Shown here: positions 1-10,536 of the stretch, piece by piece
Numbering within the stretch: position 1 is the first letter of the stretch
Layout of the letters: the number at the start of each line of letters is the position of its first letter
Assembly (NCBI GenBank): GCA_964403165.1
Contig: CAYOFL010000001.1
Span: forward strand, 6,521-70,520
From: an uncultured Ignavibacteria bacterium
GTDB taxonomy: Bacteria; Zixibacteria; MSB-5A5; SM1-73
DNA length: 64,000 nucleotides
Direction: 5' to 3'
Translations under genes and position numbers: made by a program
Notes under the pieces: generated by a model
The model's input: only the letters and a program-made list of their open reading frames with translations
The model's database searches: none
What the model was told of the DNA's origin: nothing

Positions 1-68
1 CCCCACCCGTACGGGCGCTCGTCTGGGAATTCCCACCCCTTTTGCGGTTTTCAATAAGTTTCAAGAAA

Positions 69-151
69 GGCGCACCAGCCCCGCCAGGTCGGGGTCTCCG
101 CCCAGACGGGCGTCCGTCTGGACGCCTTGCTGCGACAAGCTGGTGCACTCC
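69..151. repeat. Nested-hairpin intergenic palindromic element, GGAGTGC family (copy D1, inverted orientation)
   Basis: Outer stem GCACCAGC (72-79) / GCTGGTGC (139-146) encloses CCAGACGG-gcgt-CCGTCTGG (102-121). The same outer GGAGTGCR...YGCACTCC layout recurs at 12362-12450 and 61619-61675. Confidence 0.6.
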
Positions 152-167
152 AAAAACGGGTCTTTGA

Positions 168-314
168 ATGCAAGCTTTCTACAAGAAAACGCAAAGAGGT
201 TGGATAATTAACTTGGTCTTCATCCCCATTCTTCTCTTTTTCATCGGTATCTTTTGTTATCTGGGATTGCTGAGGAAATTTCTTGTTGTGGGCGTGTCCC
301 CGCAGCTGGGTTGA
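168..314 (+). pseudogene. 48-codon ORF duplicating the 5' end of the 2158..2640 membrane-protein gene (truncated paralog)
   Basis: Manual translation gives MQAFYKKTQRGWIINLVFIPILLFF..., versus MQAIYKKTQRGWIINLVFIPILLFF... at 2158. I counted 9 mismatches in the first 73 nt, after which the sequences diverge. TGA at 312-314. Confidence 0.4.
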
Positions 315-356
315 GTTGCCTGAACACCAGTCAACTCTAAGATAGACGAAAAACTC

Positions 357-1994
357 ATGATCTTTGACCAAGAAGCAGACACATCCCTGGCTAAGAAGCT
401 GATAATAGCTTTGCTATTTTTTAATTTCCTGACCAGACTTATCATCCTCATCCGGCCTTTGATATACTTAGATAATTTAGTAATTGAGTCATTTTTCGAT
501 TATTCTCTGATTTCCGATGACGCCTATCTGTGCTTGAAAATCGCCAAGAACATCGCGTCGGGATTGAGACCCACCTTTGACGGGATCAGCTACACCAATG
601 GATTTCAGCCTTTGTATGTATTCTTGATGGTGCCCGTATTCTATCTTTTTCCCAATGATCTTGTTATTCCTGTCCACCTCTCTTTGTTGATCTTAAGCAT
701 CTTCGACACGTTATCCTTGTTTCTCCTTTATAAACTCAGTACCCGCCTTGCTAAACCCCTGCTTGCGCCGATTATTCTCGCGCTTTTCTGGATATTCAAT
801 CCTTACGTGATCAGCACTACGCTCAACGGCATGGAAACTATGATAGCCTTCTTTTTTGTCCTTCTCTTTTTATATTATTACGATTTGATCCAGCCGTTGG
901 ACGATGGCAAGAGGTGGTTCTTGCTGGGTGTTATTCTGGGGGCAGCCATGCTTGCCAGAATAGATTGCATCTTTTTGGGGTCATCGCTTCTTTTGCTAGT
1001 TACATACAGATTTTTGTCGAAGAAGGTTTCCTTCAAACGTTCTCTCAAAATGTTGCTTTTTGTAGCTATTGGAACCTTGATAACATATTCTCCTTGGATT
1101 TTTTACTCTTACGTTTTTACAAAGGACATATTTCCCATCAGCGGAAAGGCCATTCGACTCATAATGCTTTCAAGCGTAAACCATGCACCTACATTGCAGA
1201 ACCTTTACTTGCCTATGGTGCTCAAGGGACTGAAGGCTATAATGTTTGGAAACGCAATTCTGATCGCTTTATTGTGTGTAACTGCCTTAGGTTACTTATA
1301 TGCAGGGGGATTTGCGAGGTCTCGCATCAAAAAGATGATTGATAAAGCCAGAAGATTCGGACTCGTCTTTCTGTTTGGCATTTCTTTGTTCTTCGCCTAC
1401 GTTTTGTATTTTTTTGCTCCTTATTATTTTTCCAGATACCTGTTTCCGGTGATTTTGATTTTTCTATTTTGTTTTTTGGCACTAACAGATCTGTGCTTGG
1501 AACACGCCAACAAAAAGTCTCACAAGATCTGGCTTATTGTACCTGTAGTTTTGGCACTTCTGCTCACAACTTTTGCAGGTGGTTTCACCAAATTCTTTTT
1601 ATCCAAGAAATCGAGCTGCTGCGGATATATGAACATCGGCCTTTGGGCTAATGAAAACCTTGAGCCAGGCAGCATAGTAGGTTCCTGCCAAAGCGGAGCT
1701 TTGGGTTACTACGCTGACAATCTTAGAGTCATCAATTTAGATGGGGTGGTCAATAAACCATGTTATGAGGCACTGGTAAAAAGACAAGCTCTTGAGTACA
1801 TCAAAGCACAAAAGATCAAGTACGTGTTGGGTTGGGTGGTTAATTTTGATTTCCTATCAAGACAAACCACCAATTACAAAAAGACCGATTTTATGCTAAT
1901 GGAAAAGATTCTTCACTTCAAATCGTGGGATCAGCACTGGTATGTAATTATGGTCAACTATGCTAACCTGGACTCCTTGCCTGGGACCAAATAA
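357..1994 (+). CDS. Polytopic membrane protein, GT-C-fold glycosyltransferase-like (ArnT/PMT-like); paralog of 29903..31705
   Basis: 545 aa with many hydrophobic helices. N-terminal DDAY...NGFQPLY motif parallels QDDAFISYRY...EGYTNFLW of the 29903 ORF. C-terminal soluble domain. Confidence 0.55.
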   Translation: MIFDQEADTSLAKKLIIALLFFNFLTRLIILIRPLIYLDNLVIESFFDYSLISDDAYLCLKIAKNIASGLRPTFDGISYTNGFQPLYVFLMVPVFYLFPNDLVIPVHLSLLILSIFDTLSLFLLYKLSTRLAKPLLAPIILALFWIFNPYVISTTLNGMETMIAFFFVLLFLYYYDLIQPLDDGKRWFLLGVILGAAMLARIDCIFLGSSLLLLVTYRFLSKKVSFKRSLKMLLFVAIGTLITYSPWIFYSYVFTKDIFPISGKAIRLIMLSSVNHAPTLQNLYLPMVLKGLKAIMFGNAILIALLCVTALGYLYAGGFARSRIKKMIDKARRFGLVFLFGISLFFAYVLYFFAPYYFSRYLFPVILIFLFCFLALTDLCLEHANKKSHKIWLIVPVVLALLLTTFAGGFTKFFLSKKSSCCGYMNIGLWANENLEPGSIVGSCQSGALGYYADNLRVINLDGVVNKPCYEALVKRQALEYIKAQKIKYVLGWVVNFDFLSRQTTNYKKTDFMLMEKILHFKSWDQHWYVIMVNYANLDSLPGTK

Positions 1995-2157
1995 CCATTG
2001 AAAAGCAGAGAAGAATCATTCGACGATATGAACGAGGGCAAGTCAAAGATGCTTAAGAAGTGTTTTCCTGTGAACGTTATTTCTCTTGGCCTGGTAGTAC
2101 TAAACAGAAAAGTCAAAAGGCTAACATAAATGTTTGCACTCCAAGTCGGATGTGTAA

Positions 2158-2640
2158 ATGCAAGCAATTTATAAGAAAACGCAAAGAGGTTGGATAATTA
2201 ACTTAGTCTTTATTCCCATCCTCCTCTTTTTTGCAGCTATTCTTTATTATCAAGAAGTGCTGGGCAAACCTTTTGGCGACAGACCAGCCCCTTCCTGGTT
2301 CTATTTAGCGTTTATCCTGTTGTTTTTGATTCTCATGGCTTTATTTTCCACCCTTACCGTTACCGGATTTACCAACTTCCTCGAAATAAAATTTGGGATC
2401 GGGCTTATCCGAAAAAAGTTTAACTATAAAGACATTCGGTCCTGTTCGGTTCAGAAAAACCCTTTCTTATACGGATGGGGTATCAGAAAAATACCCGGCG
2501 GCTGGCTTTACAACGTGTCCGGCTCCATGTCCGTTCAACTGAATATGAAAAATGGCAAAATGTATCGTATCGGCACAGCCGAGCCTCAGAAATTGGAAGA
2601 GTTCATAAAAACCAGACTGAGCCTGTTTGGAGGATCATAG
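2158..2640 (+). CDS. Small membrane protein of unknown function (two TM helices plus soluble C-terminal domain)
   Basis: 160-aa ORF with an ATG start and two clear hydrophobic segments. No recognisable catalytic motif. Confidence 0.5.
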   Translation: MQAIYKKTQRGWIINLVFIPILLFFAAILYYQEVLGKPFGDRPAPSWFYLAFILLFLILMALFSTLTVTGFTNFLEIKFGIGLIRKKFNYKDIRSCSVQKNPFLYGWGIRKIPGGWLYNVSGSMSVQLNMKNGKMYRIGTAEPQKLEEFIKTRLSLFGGS

Positions 2641-2824
2641 GATCCTGTATAACCTCACCCCTAACCCCTCTCCTTAGAAAGGAGAGGGGAACGAGATACA
2701 GTCGTTGAATTAGTTTACCGACCTATCCCATCTTCCTTCTTCATTTAACTTTTGCTTGACTTATAGCCAAATCCGATTAAATTTGTCAAGAAATTCCTTC
2801 AGGATAAATCTGAAAGGAGACTGA

Positions 2825-3733
2825 ATGAAAAAGGATTTCTTAGCTATACTAAATTTCAGCACAGAGGAGATAAGAAGGACGTTTCAACTGGCGCTGGACA
2901 TGAAGTCAAAAAAGATTGTGCCGCTTCCACTAAAGGATAAAGCTGTGGCTTGCATTTTTCTCAAGCCATCACTTCGGACCAGGGTCAGCTTTGAAGTAGG
3001 GATCGGTCAGCTCGGAGGAAATTCTCTTTACATCTCCAAGGACGAGATCGGACTGGGTAAGAGGGAATCTGTATATGATGCCGCCAAAGTTCTCTCCCGA
3101 TTTGTGGACATGATAATGATAAGGGCATTCGATCATGGGGAGGTGGAGCAATTAGCAGAACATGCAGAAGTTCCGGTGATCAATGGCCTGACCGATCTTT
3201 TGCATCCCTGTCAAGTGATGGGAGATATGTTGACCGTTCTGGAGAAGAAAGGGAAATTGGAAGGTTTAACCATCGCCTATCTGGGTGACGGTAATAATGT
3301 GGCAAATTCCTGGCTTAACGCCTCCACTAAATTCTCCTTTAACCTCCGAATCGGCACCTCGCCGGAGACCAAACCGGATCAAGATATCCTTCAGAATGCC
3401 CAGAAGATCGGCTTAAGTCAAATAGCCGTGACCTTCGATCCGAAAGAAGCAGTAGGAGATGCAGACGTGGTGTATACCGATGTTTGGGCGAGCATGGGGC
3501 AGAAGGATTTGTCCGAACAAAGAGCGAAACTCCTTAAAGATTTTCAGGTCAACGATGATCTGCTGAAATATGCCAAATCAGACTGTATAGTTATGCACTG
3601 CCTGCCGGCAAACAGGGGAGAGGAGATCACCGATGAGGTGATGGATGGTCCCCTTTCAGTGGTGTTTGATCAGGCGGAAAACAGACTTCATGCCCAGAAA
3701 GCCATCATGGTGAAACTTCTGAGTGGAAGATGA
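2825..3733 (+). CDS. argF: Ornithine carbamoyltransferase
   Basis: SLRTRVSFE (carbamoyl-phosphate site), HPCQ, DGNNVANSW and HCLPA motifs in canonical order. RBS aaaggag lies upstream of the ATG. Confidence 0.85.
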   Translation: MKKDFLAILNFSTEEIRRTFQLALDMKSKKIVPLPLKDKAVACIFLKPSLRTRVSFEVGIGQLGGNSLYISKDEIGLGKRESVYDAAKVLSRFVDMIMIRAFDHGEVEQLAEHAEVPVINGLTDLLHPCQVMGDMLTVLEKKGKLEGLTIAYLGDGNNVANSWLNASTKFSFNLRIGTSPETKPDQDILQNAQKIGLSQIAVTFDPKEAVGDADVVYTDVWASMGQKDLSEQRAKLLKDFQVNDDLLKYAKSDCIVMHCLPANRGEEITDEVMDGPLSVVFDQAENRLHAQKAIMVKLLSGR

Positions 3734-3756
3734 ATGTCTTTCAAAAATTTAAGAGC

Positions 3757-3802
3757 GCAGGCTGTCTGCCATAGGCAGATCCGCCTTTGGCGGAAAGCCT
3801 GC
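3757..3802. repeat. Composite hairpin element downstream of argF (possible terminator or REP-like element)
   Basis: Outer stem GCAGGCT/AGCCTGC encloses TCTGCC-ata-GGCAGA and TCCGCC-tttg-GGCGGA. CCGCC-N3-4-GGCGG hairpins recur at about 12390, 18555, 29690 and 61630. Confidence 0.5.
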
Positions 3803-3929
3803 GGCTACCACTCTGGACTGATCAGAAGGATATCAAAAGGTATCCGCCCAAATGGGCGAGAGGAAAGCTTAGCCAGATTCTTGAAAGTACACGCAAAAAC
3901 TTTTTGAAATTTATTAGAAAGGTCCCAAC

Positions 3930-5468
3930 ATGGCAAAGATTGTAGAATGTGTTACCAATTTCAGTGAAGGAAGAAGACCTGAGGTGATCGATGCGATTCT
4001 GAATGAGATCAAGTCAGTACCAGGAGTTCTGCTTTTGGATAAAGAGATGGACAAAGATCACAATCGGGCGGTGGTCACCTTTGTGGGTGGACCGGAGGAG
4101 GTTAAGTCTGCCGCCTTTAAAGCCATAGCCAAAGCCGCCGAGTTGATAGACATGGAGAAGCATCAGGGTGAGCATCCTCGGATGGGTGCAACCGACGTGG
4201 TCCCCTTTATTCCCATCTCCGAAGTGACCCAACAGGATTGTGTGGTGCTGGCTGAACAATTGGGAAAAGAGGTAGGAGAGAAGCTTCAAATTCCAGTCTA
4301 CCTCTACGAGGCGGCAGCCAGAAAACCAGAGCGGGTTAACTTAGCTGACGTAAGACGAGGCGAATATGAGGGGATCAAAGCGGAGATAGAGACCAATCCC
4401 GACAGAAAGCCGGATTTTGGCCCAGCCAAGATGCACCCCACTGCTGGTGCTATTGCCATCGGATGTCGAATGCCGTTGATCGCCTTCAACGTGTATCTGG
4501 GAACTCCCTATGTGGGAATCGCCAAAAAAATCGCCCGGTCGATCAGGTTCTCAGGTGGTGGTCTCAGATTCTGCAAAGCCTTGGGATTTGAGATCAAGGA
4601 AAGGGGGTTGGCCCAGATATCCATGAATCTGGTCAATTATCGCAAGACCACCATCTTTCGGGTATTTGAGATGATAAAAGCTGAGGCGGAAAGATATGGG
4701 GTTCCCATTATCTCCAGCGAGATAGTTGGTCTGACACCACAGGATGCGCTTATGGATGTGGCAGAATATTATCTTCGCCTGGAGAACTTCAAAAAGGACC
4801 AAATTCTGGAAAGCAAACTGATGACCTTTGCCGGCGGCGAAAAGGAGGGATTGGAAGGGTTCATAGATCAGGTGGCTTCATCCTCTCCTGCTCCGGGTGG
4901 GGGAAGTGTCTCCGCCGCCTGCGGTGCCTTAGCTGGCGCTCTCTCTTCCATGGTATGCCGATTGACCATAGGTAAGAAAAGATTCAAAGAGGTAGAGGAT
5001 GAGTTGAAAGGTATCTTAGAGAAAGCCGAAGAAATCAGAAAACAGATGGAGGAGTTTATAGTCAAGGATGCTGAGAGTTTCGATAAGGTTATGGATGCTT
5101 TCAAACTCCCTAAATACACGGATGAGGAGAAGGAGAAACGAAACCAGGCAATTCAGGAGGCGACTAAAGGGGCCATATCCGTTCCACTCCAAGTGATGGA
5201 GAAGGGACTTCTGGCAATGAAATTAAGCCAGATAGTGGTTGAAAAAGGAAATCCCAACATGATCTCAGATGCAGGGGTATCAGCACTTACGGCAAGGACA
5301 GCAGTGGAAGGGGCTTACTTGAATGTTAGAATTAACCTGAATTCTATTGAGAACCAGGATTTCGTAACCTCCACCAAAGAAAAAGCAGATGCGGTCAGAA
5401 AAGAAGCTTTGCTTTTGTCCGGAGAGATCGAAACAAAGACAGAGGAGAAGTTAACCGAAACTCAGTGA
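3930..5468 (+). CDS. Bifunctional glutamate formimidoyltransferase / formimidoyl-THF cyclodeaminase
   Basis: N-terminus ECVTNFSEGRR is typical of formiminotransferases. The C-terminal half carries SSSPAPGGGSVSAACGALAGAL, typical of the cyclodeaminase domain. Confidence 0.8.
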   Translation: MAKIVECVTNFSEGRRPEVIDAILNEIKSVPGVLLLDKEMDKDHNRAVVTFVGGPEEVKSAAFKAIAKAAELIDMEKHQGEHPRMGATDVVPFIPISEVTQQDCVVLAEQLGKEVGEKLQIPVYLYEAAARKPERVNLADVRRGEYEGIKAEIETNPDRKPDFGPAKMHPTAGAIAIGCRMPLIAFNVYLGTPYVGIAKKIARSIRFSGGGLRFCKALGFEIKERGLAQISMNLVNYRKTTIFRVFEMIKAEAERYGVPIISSEIVGLTPQDALMDVAEYYLRLENFKKDQILESKLMTFAGGEKEGLEGFIDQVASSSPAPGGGSVSAACGALAGALSSMVCRLTIGKKRFKEVEDELKGILEKAEEIRKQMEEFIVKDAESFDKVMDAFKLPKYTDEEKEKRNQAIQEATKGAISVPLQVMEKGLLAMKLSQIVVEKGNPNMISDAGVSALTARTAVEGAYLNVRINLNSIENQDFVTSTKEKADAVRKEALLLSGEIETKTEEKLTETQ

Positions 5469-6304
5469 GGCGGATGCAGAGACGACGGGTAGATCTCCAT
5501 ATTCATACCACTGCCTCTGATGGTTTACTCACCCCGGAAGAGGTAGTTGAGATTGCCAAAAAAGAGGGGCTTTATGCCATCTCCATCACCGATCATGACA
5601 CCATCGATGGATACCTTGCCGCCAAAAAGAGGGCGGAGCAGTTAGAAATTGAACTCATTCCAGCATTAGAACTTTCCACCTCCTACCAGGGCGAAGATTT
5701 CCATATTTTAGGATATTTGATTGACTGCGAAAATCCTGAATTTTTAAAGAAGATAAACAGCTTCCAGGAGGAGAGGCGAACTCGAGGGGAGGAGATGGTG
5801 GAAAAATTAAATGAGTTGGGAATAGACTTGAGCATGGAGACGGTAAATAACATAGCGGGGAAAGGCTCAGTGGGAAGACCTCACTTGGCTGATGCTTTAC
5901 TCAAAGAGGAGTTTGTGCATACTTATGAGGAGGCTTTTGCCAGATATTTAGGTTATCACGCTCCGGCTTATGTTCCCAGACGATTCTTGACTCCCCAGGA
6001 AGGGATTGAGTTGATCCATCTGGTTCGAGGGGTGGCAGTTCTGGCTCATCCCGGGACCTACAGGTCACAACACGTCATATATGATTTCTTCCAGTTGGGA
6101 TTGGACGGAATTGAAGCCTATCATTCCAAACACGACCGGGAGGCAACGCAAAATTATATCAACTTAGCCAACAAACTGGGACTGATCTATACCGGGGGCT
6201 CGGATTGCCATGGCAGAAGAGGGGGAAAGATTATAATCGGGTCAATGAAAGTGCCTTACAGGTGTCTGGAGATGTTGCGAAAGGTGAAAGAGGAAAATTA
6301 TTAA
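5465..6304 (+). CDS. PHP-domain metal-dependent phosphoesterase (TrpH/YciV-like)
   Basis: DLHIHTTASDG...ITDHDT...AHP...GGSDCHG motif series. The start is uncertain (GTG 5465 or ATG 5474). Confidence 0.8.
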   Translation: MRRMQRRRVDLHIHTTASDGLLTPEEVVEIAKKEGLYAISITDHDTIDGYLAAKKRAEQLEIELIPALELSTSYQGEDFHILGYLIDCENPEFLKKINSFQEERRTRGEEMVEKLNELGIDLSMETVNNIAGKGSVGRPHLADALLKEEFVHTYEEAFARYLGYHAPAYVPRRFLTPQEGIELIHLVRGVAVLAHPGTYRSQHVIYDFFQLGLDGIEAYHSKHDREATQNYINLANKLGLIYTGGSDCHGRRGGKIIIGSMKVPYRCLEMLRKVKEENY

Positions 6305-6493
6305 AATCAATGACGGATGACGAATAACGAATAGAAAATAACAAATAACCGACCACTGATTTAATCTGTTTAATCTGTTGGTAAATCTGTTGGGAAATTA
6401 TCTTTAAGTAACAAAACTCGTTTCGCATATTAGCCATCATTTGAAAAGCAAAATTTTTAATAAATAGGTATACATCTGATTAAAAGGAGAGAT

Positions 6494-8365
6494 GTGATGA
6501 AGAGAGTCTTTTTTTTAGCCTTTTTTCTTTTTATTTTTCAAAATGCTCAGGCAGATGAACAGAAATTGAGCCAGGCTTATGAACAGCAACTTATAGAGAG
6601 GGTGAGGGGCGTCTTTTCATCCGAAGCTGCAAAGGAGGAGATCAAACGTCCGATCTGCGCCACGCCCATATTCCTGGAGGTAAAAGCTAATTGGGAAAGG
6701 CTTTCGGCTGAAACCAGAAAAATATTGCAATCCTACACCCTGAGGCCAACTTTTGAGTTTCCAGAGTATACCTACGATACCCCTCAGGGACATTTTAAGG
6801 TTCACTACGTTAGAGAGGGAAATAATGCAGTGTTTAACCCGGATATTGACAAAAATTTCAATGGTCATCCGGACTGGGTGGATACGGTGGGCATGGTTTT
6901 GGAGCACGTTTGGGATGTGGAGACGGGAATTAATGCTTTGGGCTATAAAGAACCTCCAAGCGATGGTTGGTATCACGATACTGTTGATAACGGAGGGGAT
7001 GGCAAATATGATGTATATTTGTTGAATTTGGCAAAGTTTTTGGGATACACCCAAGGTGAGTTTTTTCTCTCCCCCTATTCAATTTCTGCCACAAGCTTCA
7101 TTGTGCTGGACAACGACTATGTTAGGAGTGGGCATTCCCAAATTGAGTGGCTTCAGGTTACAGCGGCTCACGAGTTCTTTCACGCAATACAATTGGGTTA
7201 TGATGGCACTGAATATGAGGTTGAAAACGAGGCTATCAAGCCTTATTGGATGGAGATGTCGGCTGTGTGGATGGAGGAGATGGTCTATGACCATGTAAAT
7301 GATTATCTGGGTTATCTTTCGTCTTTTTTTAATCATCCTTCGTGGTCCCTAAAAACCTTCAGCTACGAGATGATAGTACCCGATAGTGCTTACCATCCTT
7401 ACGGCAGTTGTATCTGGCCCATGTTTCTTCAGGAAAGATTTGATACAACCATAATAAAGGATATCTGGGAAGAGTGTGCTAAGGATACCGGAAACAACGC
7501 CATAGACTATCATGGTGGTGAGTCTGCCACAGATAAGGCTTTAAAGGCAAGAGGAGTAAATTTTGAGGAGGTTTTCCGGGAATTCACGGTATGGAACTAT
7601 TTTACCGCAGATAGAGAACGAACTCAGCTTTTTTACTCTGAGGGCAATCTTTTCCCGAAAGTGAAAGTGGATAGCCTGCATTATCATACAAACTACAAAG
7701 ACACAATATACTCTTCGTCCGCTCCAAATCATCCTTATAATTTAGGCTCAAATTATGTGGTCTTCGTGCCCGACCCTGAGTTAAAAGAAGGTGGGATAAG
7801 CATTGGGTTTGCCGGAAGCAGTGGAGACTACAAAGTCTCGGTAGTCGGATATAAATCTTACCCTTCCTCACCCTTTGAATCTGCATTAATAGGGATGATA
7901 GACGTCTACGACTGGAACTATTATATGCAGATAGTCATGATCCCGGCGGTGGTGACCAGAAGTCCCGATGATCACTATACTTATGAATATCGTGCCTTCT
8001 ATGATAGCTCACTTCATGGAGAGCCAACACTGCCTGATGAGGACAAAATATTGCAAAACTATCCCAATCCTTTTGTGGTCAGAGGCGAGTCCGACCGCAC
8101 CTTTTTTCCGTTTATCCTCTCCTCGCCCAGTCGGGTGCGGATTGACATATTTACCTTGAGTGGAGAACGGATTAGGACCGTCGTTCCCAAATATGATCTT
8201 AAACTGGGAAGCGAAGAATATACTCATATGCTTGTACTTCAAGAGCTGGATATGTTCTGGGATGGCAAGAATGAAGAAGGAGAATGCGTATCCTCAGGCG
8301 TCTATCTATATAGATTCAAAACCGATAGAACCACCGTGGTCAAGAAAATGGCGGTTATCAGATGA
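6494..8365 (+). CDS. Secreted HExxH zinc metalloprotease with C-terminal T9SS-type (FlgD-Ig-like) sorting domain
   Basis: N-terminal signal peptide and an HEFFHAIQ motif. The C-terminus LQNYPNPF...IDIFTLSGERIRTV...GVYLYRFKTD...KKMAVIR matches the por-secretion CTD pattern. Confidence 0.7.
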   Translation: MMKRVFFLAFFLFIFQNAQADEQKLSQAYEQQLIERVRGVFSSEAAKEEIKRPICATPIFLEVKANWERLSAETRKILQSYTLRPTFEFPEYTYDTPQGHFKVHYVREGNNAVFNPDIDKNFNGHPDWVDTVGMVLEHVWDVETGINALGYKEPPSDGWYHDTVDNGGDGKYDVYLLNLAKFLGYTQGEFFLSPYSISATSFIVLDNDYVRSGHSQIEWLQVTAAHEFFHAIQLGYDGTEYEVENEAIKPYWMEMSAVWMEEMVYDHVNDYLGYLSSFFNHPSWSLKTFSYEMIVPDSAYHPYGSCIWPMFLQERFDTTIIKDIWEECAKDTGNNAIDYHGGESATDKALKARGVNFEEVFREFTVWNYFTADRERTQLFYSEGNLFPKVKVDSLHYHTNYKDTIYSSSAPNHPYNLGSNYVVFVPDPELKEGGISIGFAGSSGDYKVSVVGYKSYPSSPFESALIGMIDVYDWNYYMQIVMIPAVVTRSPDDHYTYEYRAFYDSSLHGEPTLPDEDKILQNYPNPFVVRGESDRTFFPFILSSPSRVRIDIFTLSGERIRTVVPKYDLKLGSEEYTHMLVLQELDMFWDGKNEEGECVSSGVYLYRFKTDRTTVVKKMAVIR

Positions 8366-8904
8366 GTTTTTCTACCAAAAAACTCGCCCTTTCGGGAGTT
8401 TTGATCGCCTTAGCCATCGCTTTAAAGCTTCCTATACTTTCTGTCCCAAACGTAGAATTCTTTTCCTTCATAATTTTTTCTTCTGGATATCTCCTGGGTA
8501 TGATCGGGGGAGTGGTGGTGGGAATTATCTCCATATCAATTTACACTTCCCTTATTACCCCATATGGTTTGCCTCCATTGCCCATCGCGTTTGCCCAGAT
8601 TCTCTGTATGGCTTTGATCGGATTTGCCGGAGGACTGGCTTATAAATTTAATATAGTTTCTGTCGACGAAAATTCGCCATCTCGGTTATTTGTTCACTAT
8701 TTGATCATGGGAGTTTTCGGGTTGGTTCTGACCATAATTTATGATCTCTTTACGAATTTAGCTACTGCGTTTGTAATGGGGCAATTTCTGCCAGTAATGG
8801 TTGCCGGTATTCCTTTTGCTCTTATCCACATCCTTTCCAATATCATCATCTTTGTGGTCTTCGGTCCCCATCTTTTGATGATATCAAAAATTCATTTTAA
8901 GTGA
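8362..8904 (+). CDS. Polytopic membrane protein, ECF-transporter S-component-like
   Basis: 180 aa with about 5-6 TM helices. ATGA overlap with the upstream gene. N-terminus resembles substrate-capture S components; the family assignment is tentative. Confidence 0.4.
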   Translation: MSFSTKKLALSGVLIALAIALKLPILSVPNVEFFSFIIFSSGYLLGMIGGVVVGIISISIYTSLITPYGLPPLPIAFAQILCMALIGFAGGLAYKFNIVSVDENSPSRLFVHYLIMGVFGLVLTIIYDLFTNLATAFVMGQFLPVMVAGIPFALIHILSNIIIFVVFGPHLLMISKIHFK

Positions 8905-9044
8905 AACCAGGGTTGACGCGGAGGTCCACCCCCTACATCTGTTTACCGAAGGATTGGGGATTATATCCCGAACACACCCCGGGATAGAATTCCGATAACC
9001 TTTAGGTGTGAAATTCGGGATGCGTTTTGATTCTGATGCATCTT

Positions 9045-9071
9045 GTAGGGGCAATTCATGAATTGCCCTAC
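9045..9071. repeat. GTAG...CTAC palindromic (REP-like) hairpin
   Basis: GTAGGGGCAATTCAT/ATGAATTGCCCTAC is a near-perfect hairpin in the intergenic region. Confidence 0.5.
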
Positions 9072-9109
9072 GATCTCAATAACGTGGAGTTGTTTGTGAT
9101 AAATTTCAC

Positions 9110-9138
9110 TTGACAGGGACGCCCTTTCTGTGTATATA
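9110..9138 (+). promoter_or_regulatory. Candidate sigma-70 promoter for the HMGCS operon
   Basis: TTGACA (9110-9115), a 17-nt spacer, then TATATA (9133-9138), about 100 nt upstream of the ATG at 9242. Confidence 0.4.
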
Positions 9139-9241
9139 CTGATAGTTTTTTGAAGGTTGGCGGCAGGAGATATAGCAGAATTGGTTTGCCTTTGACGGGT
9201 AAATCTTTCCAATTGAAATATTTGAAAAAAGTGAGGAGGAT

Positions 9242-10288
9242 ATGGTCGGAATAGTTGGCTACGGAGCTTATGTTCCCAGAAACAGGATAAAGGTAGAGGA
9301 GATCGCCAAGGTGTGGGGCGCAGATGCCCCCGCCTACAAGAAGGGGCTTTTGTTATATGAGAAGTCAGTTCCCAGTCCGGATCAGGACACTATAACCATG
9401 TCGGTGGAAGCGACCAAGTATGCCTTGAAGCGTGCAAACATCGACCCCAAAGAGATTGGGGCAGTCTATGTGGGATCTGAATCTCATCCCTATGCGGTTA
9501 AACCTTCAGGCACTGTCTTGGGTGAAGCAATCGGAGCTACGCCGGATATTCATTGCGCGGATTATGAGTTTGCCTGTAAGGCGGGAAGCGAAGCCATGTT
9601 CGTCTGCATCGGTTTGGTCGAATCCGGGCAGATCAAATATGGCCTGGCAGTGGGAGCAGATACCTCTCAGGGCGCTCCGGGAGATGCGCTGGAGTATTCG
9701 GCGGCCGCTGGAGCAGCTTCCTTCATATTCGGCAAAGAGAATCTGATAGCAAAGGTGCTTCACACTAACTCCTACATGACCGACACCCCTGATTTCTGGA
9801 GGCGAGAACATCAATTCTATCCCCGTCATGCAGGCCGTTTCACCGGAGAGCCCGCCTACTTCAAACACATTATCGGAGCGGCTAAGGGGATCATGAGCAA
9901 GGCCGGTATGAAGCCAGAGGATTTCAACTACGTCATCTTTCACCAGCCCAATGGAAAATTTCCCCAGAGGGTGGGGAAGATGCTGGGATTTACAAAGGAA
10001 CAGATAGAGCCGGGATGGCTTTCTCCCACACTGGGCAATACCTACTCTGGATCATCTCCCATGGGGCTTACTTCGACTCTGGACATTTCCAAACCAAAAG
10101 ATAAGATACTGATGGTCTCCTATGGTTCCGGCGCGGGAAGCGATGGGTTTATCTTTGAGGTAACCGAACGGATCGAAGAAGTTCGGGATAGAGCTCCCCA
10201 TACCAGATTCCAGTTAGACAATAATAAGAAGTACATAGATTACGGCACATACGCCAAATTCAGAGGCAAGATCCGAATGGGAACATAA
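9242..10288 (+). CDS. Archaeal-type hydroxymethylglutaryl-CoA synthase
   Basis: [26 protein letters not shown]...[11 protein letters not shown]...[10 protein letters not shown] is close to the archaeal HMGCS consensus. It is followed by thiolase and DUF35 genes, as in archaea. Confidence 0.8.
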   Translation: MVGIVGYGAYVPRNRIKVEEIAKVWGADAPAYKKGLLLYEKSVPSPDQDTITMSVEATKYALKRANIDPKEIGAVYVGSESHPYAVKPSGTVLGEAIGATPDIHCADYEFACKAGSEAMFVCIGLVESGQIKYGLAVGADTSQGAPGDALEYSAAAGAASFIFGKENLIAKVLHTNSYMTDTPDFWRREHQFYPRHAGRFTGEPAYFKHIIGAAKGIMSKAGMKPEDFNYVIFHQPNGKFPQRVGKMLGFTKEQIEPGWLSPTLGNTYSGSSPMGLTSTLDISKPKDKILMVSYGSGAGSDGFIFEVTERIEEVRDRAPHTRFQLDNNKKYIDYGTYAKFRGKIRMGT

Positions 10289-10536
10289 ACTGATCGAAGC
10301 TGGTTTGTCGTTGGCGATGCCCAGACGGGCACGTCCGTGCTCGTTTCGATGCTGGATGCTGGGAATTCGAAGCTGGATAAAACCCAGAATAATAGTGGAG
10401 GAATTCTTAGAGGTGATGATGTTTTCGAGCTTCAAGCCTCGTAAAATTGAGCCTCAATACGAGCTTCGTCACCGATAAACGATTGACTTTTAATCTTACT
10501 CAGAAATTCAAAACGAAAAAAAAGGAGAAAAAAAGC

